Shown: positions 63,189-64,000 of the stretch, piece after piece
Position numbering within the stretch: the first letter of the stretch is position 1
How the letters are laid out: the number at the start of each line of letters is the position of its first letter
DNA from: a virus
Taxonomy: Duplodnaviria > Caudoviricetes
DNA length: 64,000 nucleotides
Direction: 5' to 3' (one strand)
IMG/VR virus record: IMGVR_UViG_3300046786_000888
Location: 1-64,000 of that record
Position numbers and translations under genes: made by a program
Notes under the pieces: model-generated
The model's database searches: none
Told to the model about the DNA's origin: nothing
Seen by the model: only the letters and a program-made list of their open reading frames with translations

Positions 63189-63344
63189 ATCGACGACCAA
63201 ACTCGCCAGAACTGGCTCAAAGTAAAAACGGCTCTAGAAGCCGCCGGTAAAACTGAGTCACACTTTTACAAACGTGCAGTTGCTGTCTCAAAAGGACAAG
63301 AAGACCCTGGTTTTGAAAAATACACTGCTCAATTGTTCCAATGA
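63189..63344 (+). CDS. Cyanophage-type small protein with apparent ATC start
   Basis: (I)DDQTRQNWLKVKTALEAAGKTESHFYKRAVAV; GAGG 7 nt upstream; in-frame TGA at 63177. Confidence 0.5.
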   Translation: MDDQTRQNWLKVKTALEAAGKTESHFYKRAVAVSKGQEDPGFEKYTAQLFQ

Positions 63345-63517
63345 CGTACTACACCGGCGCAAATAAATAGATTTGTCAGAAAGTAACTCAAAAAAATGCC
63401 CGTGCGAACCCACGCAACGGCATCGGATTCTTTATCGCACTCCGAAGCCCTCTCCCCAAGGGCTTTAAACCACAAACGCCTCCAGCGAGGACGAGTTTTA
63501 GTCCGCATTTGCCGCAT
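63329..63517 (-). CDS. Cyanophage-type small membrane protein
   Basis: WRRLWFKALGERA...AWVRT...TNLFICAGVVRHWN. Confidence 0.7.
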   Translation of the reverse strand: MRQMRTKTRPRWRRLWFKALGERASECDKESDAVAWVRTGIFLSYFLTNLFICAGVVRHWNN

Positions 63518-63645
63518 CAGAAGCCCATTTTTTCTTGCAAAACTCTGAAAAGAGCGTTTTGCACTCTTCGTTAGTCACTCCGAGATAAACGGCAGCCTTC
63601 GGCACGTTCCATTTAGCGGTATAAAGCCGCTCAAACGGATCGATT

Positions 63646-63849
63646 TCATTTGATTTGGAGTTCTCCATTGGAATCCCAGCTCATATAAACAGTCATACGC
63701 TGTCGATCCGCATCAGAACGGAACTTTTCCACGGTGGTGGGACTGCCCTTACCGCTCAGCTTGATCAGCTTAGCGAGCTCATCCACGATGGGCACGCCGC
63801 TGAGAACGTCGAGTTCAGTAGGCACAGTCGGGGCTCCCAGCTGCCCCAA
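63646..63849 (-). CDS. Hypothetical protein
   Basis: 67-aa ORF. Confidence 0.45.
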   Translation of the reverse strand: MGQLGAPTVPTELDVLSGVPIVDELAKLIKLSGKGSPTTVEKFRSDADRQRMTVYMSWDSNGELQIK

Positions 63850-64000
63850 TTTAAATCTTTAATCGCAAAAAAATATGCGATCCCAAATAATTTAAGAAGA
63901 GCTTAGGCTCCTCGCAGCAGATAATTTAAGAGAGGATTATCGTAGGGAGACTGAGGAGCACCCAGCGCAGGGCGTTGCATCTTCTCTCGCATCAACTGTT

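Noticed and set aside
1-64000. CRISPR array
   Set aside because: No run of direct repeats with regular 25-45 nt spacers. The S1-S7 sites flank whole genes and have variable cores. The Cas4-like nuclease sits in a replication block with no other cas genes.

Overview
The window is a large part of a tailed cyanophage genome, most likely infecting a picocyanobacterium. Support comes from two NblA-like genes and several small proteins typical of cyanophages. No bacterial housekeeping genes and no integrase were seen. Layout: (1) a plus-strand replication block at 1-8.4 kb with a tandem-OB SSB, a PD-(D/E)XK exonuclease and a primase-SF3 helicase; (2) a mostly minus-strand morphogenesis module at about 10-58 kb with TerL, portal, scaffold, major capsid protein, ejection-type proteins, fibres, a beta-helix tailspike, an endolysin and holin-like genes, interleaved with glycosyl- and methyltransferases, thyX, dps, a dCMP deaminase, tRNA-Leu(UAA) and several homing endonucleases; (3) arrays of tiny accessory genes at 8.4-9.9 kb (minus) and 59.3-63.3 kb (plus). 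No sheath or tape-measure gene was recognised, which suggests a podovirus-like virion. Main observations: seven 17-bp TTAGT-N7-ACTAA inverted-repeat sites at junctions of the small accessory genes, a candidate gene-cassette system; a three-member gene family with nucleotide-identical constant blocks around unrelated variable segments; a 995-nt group I intron with a LAGLIDADG ORF splitting the capsid gene; and a 509-nt portal/scaffold dual-coding overlap. All protein calls come from motifs recognised by eye, not from database searches.
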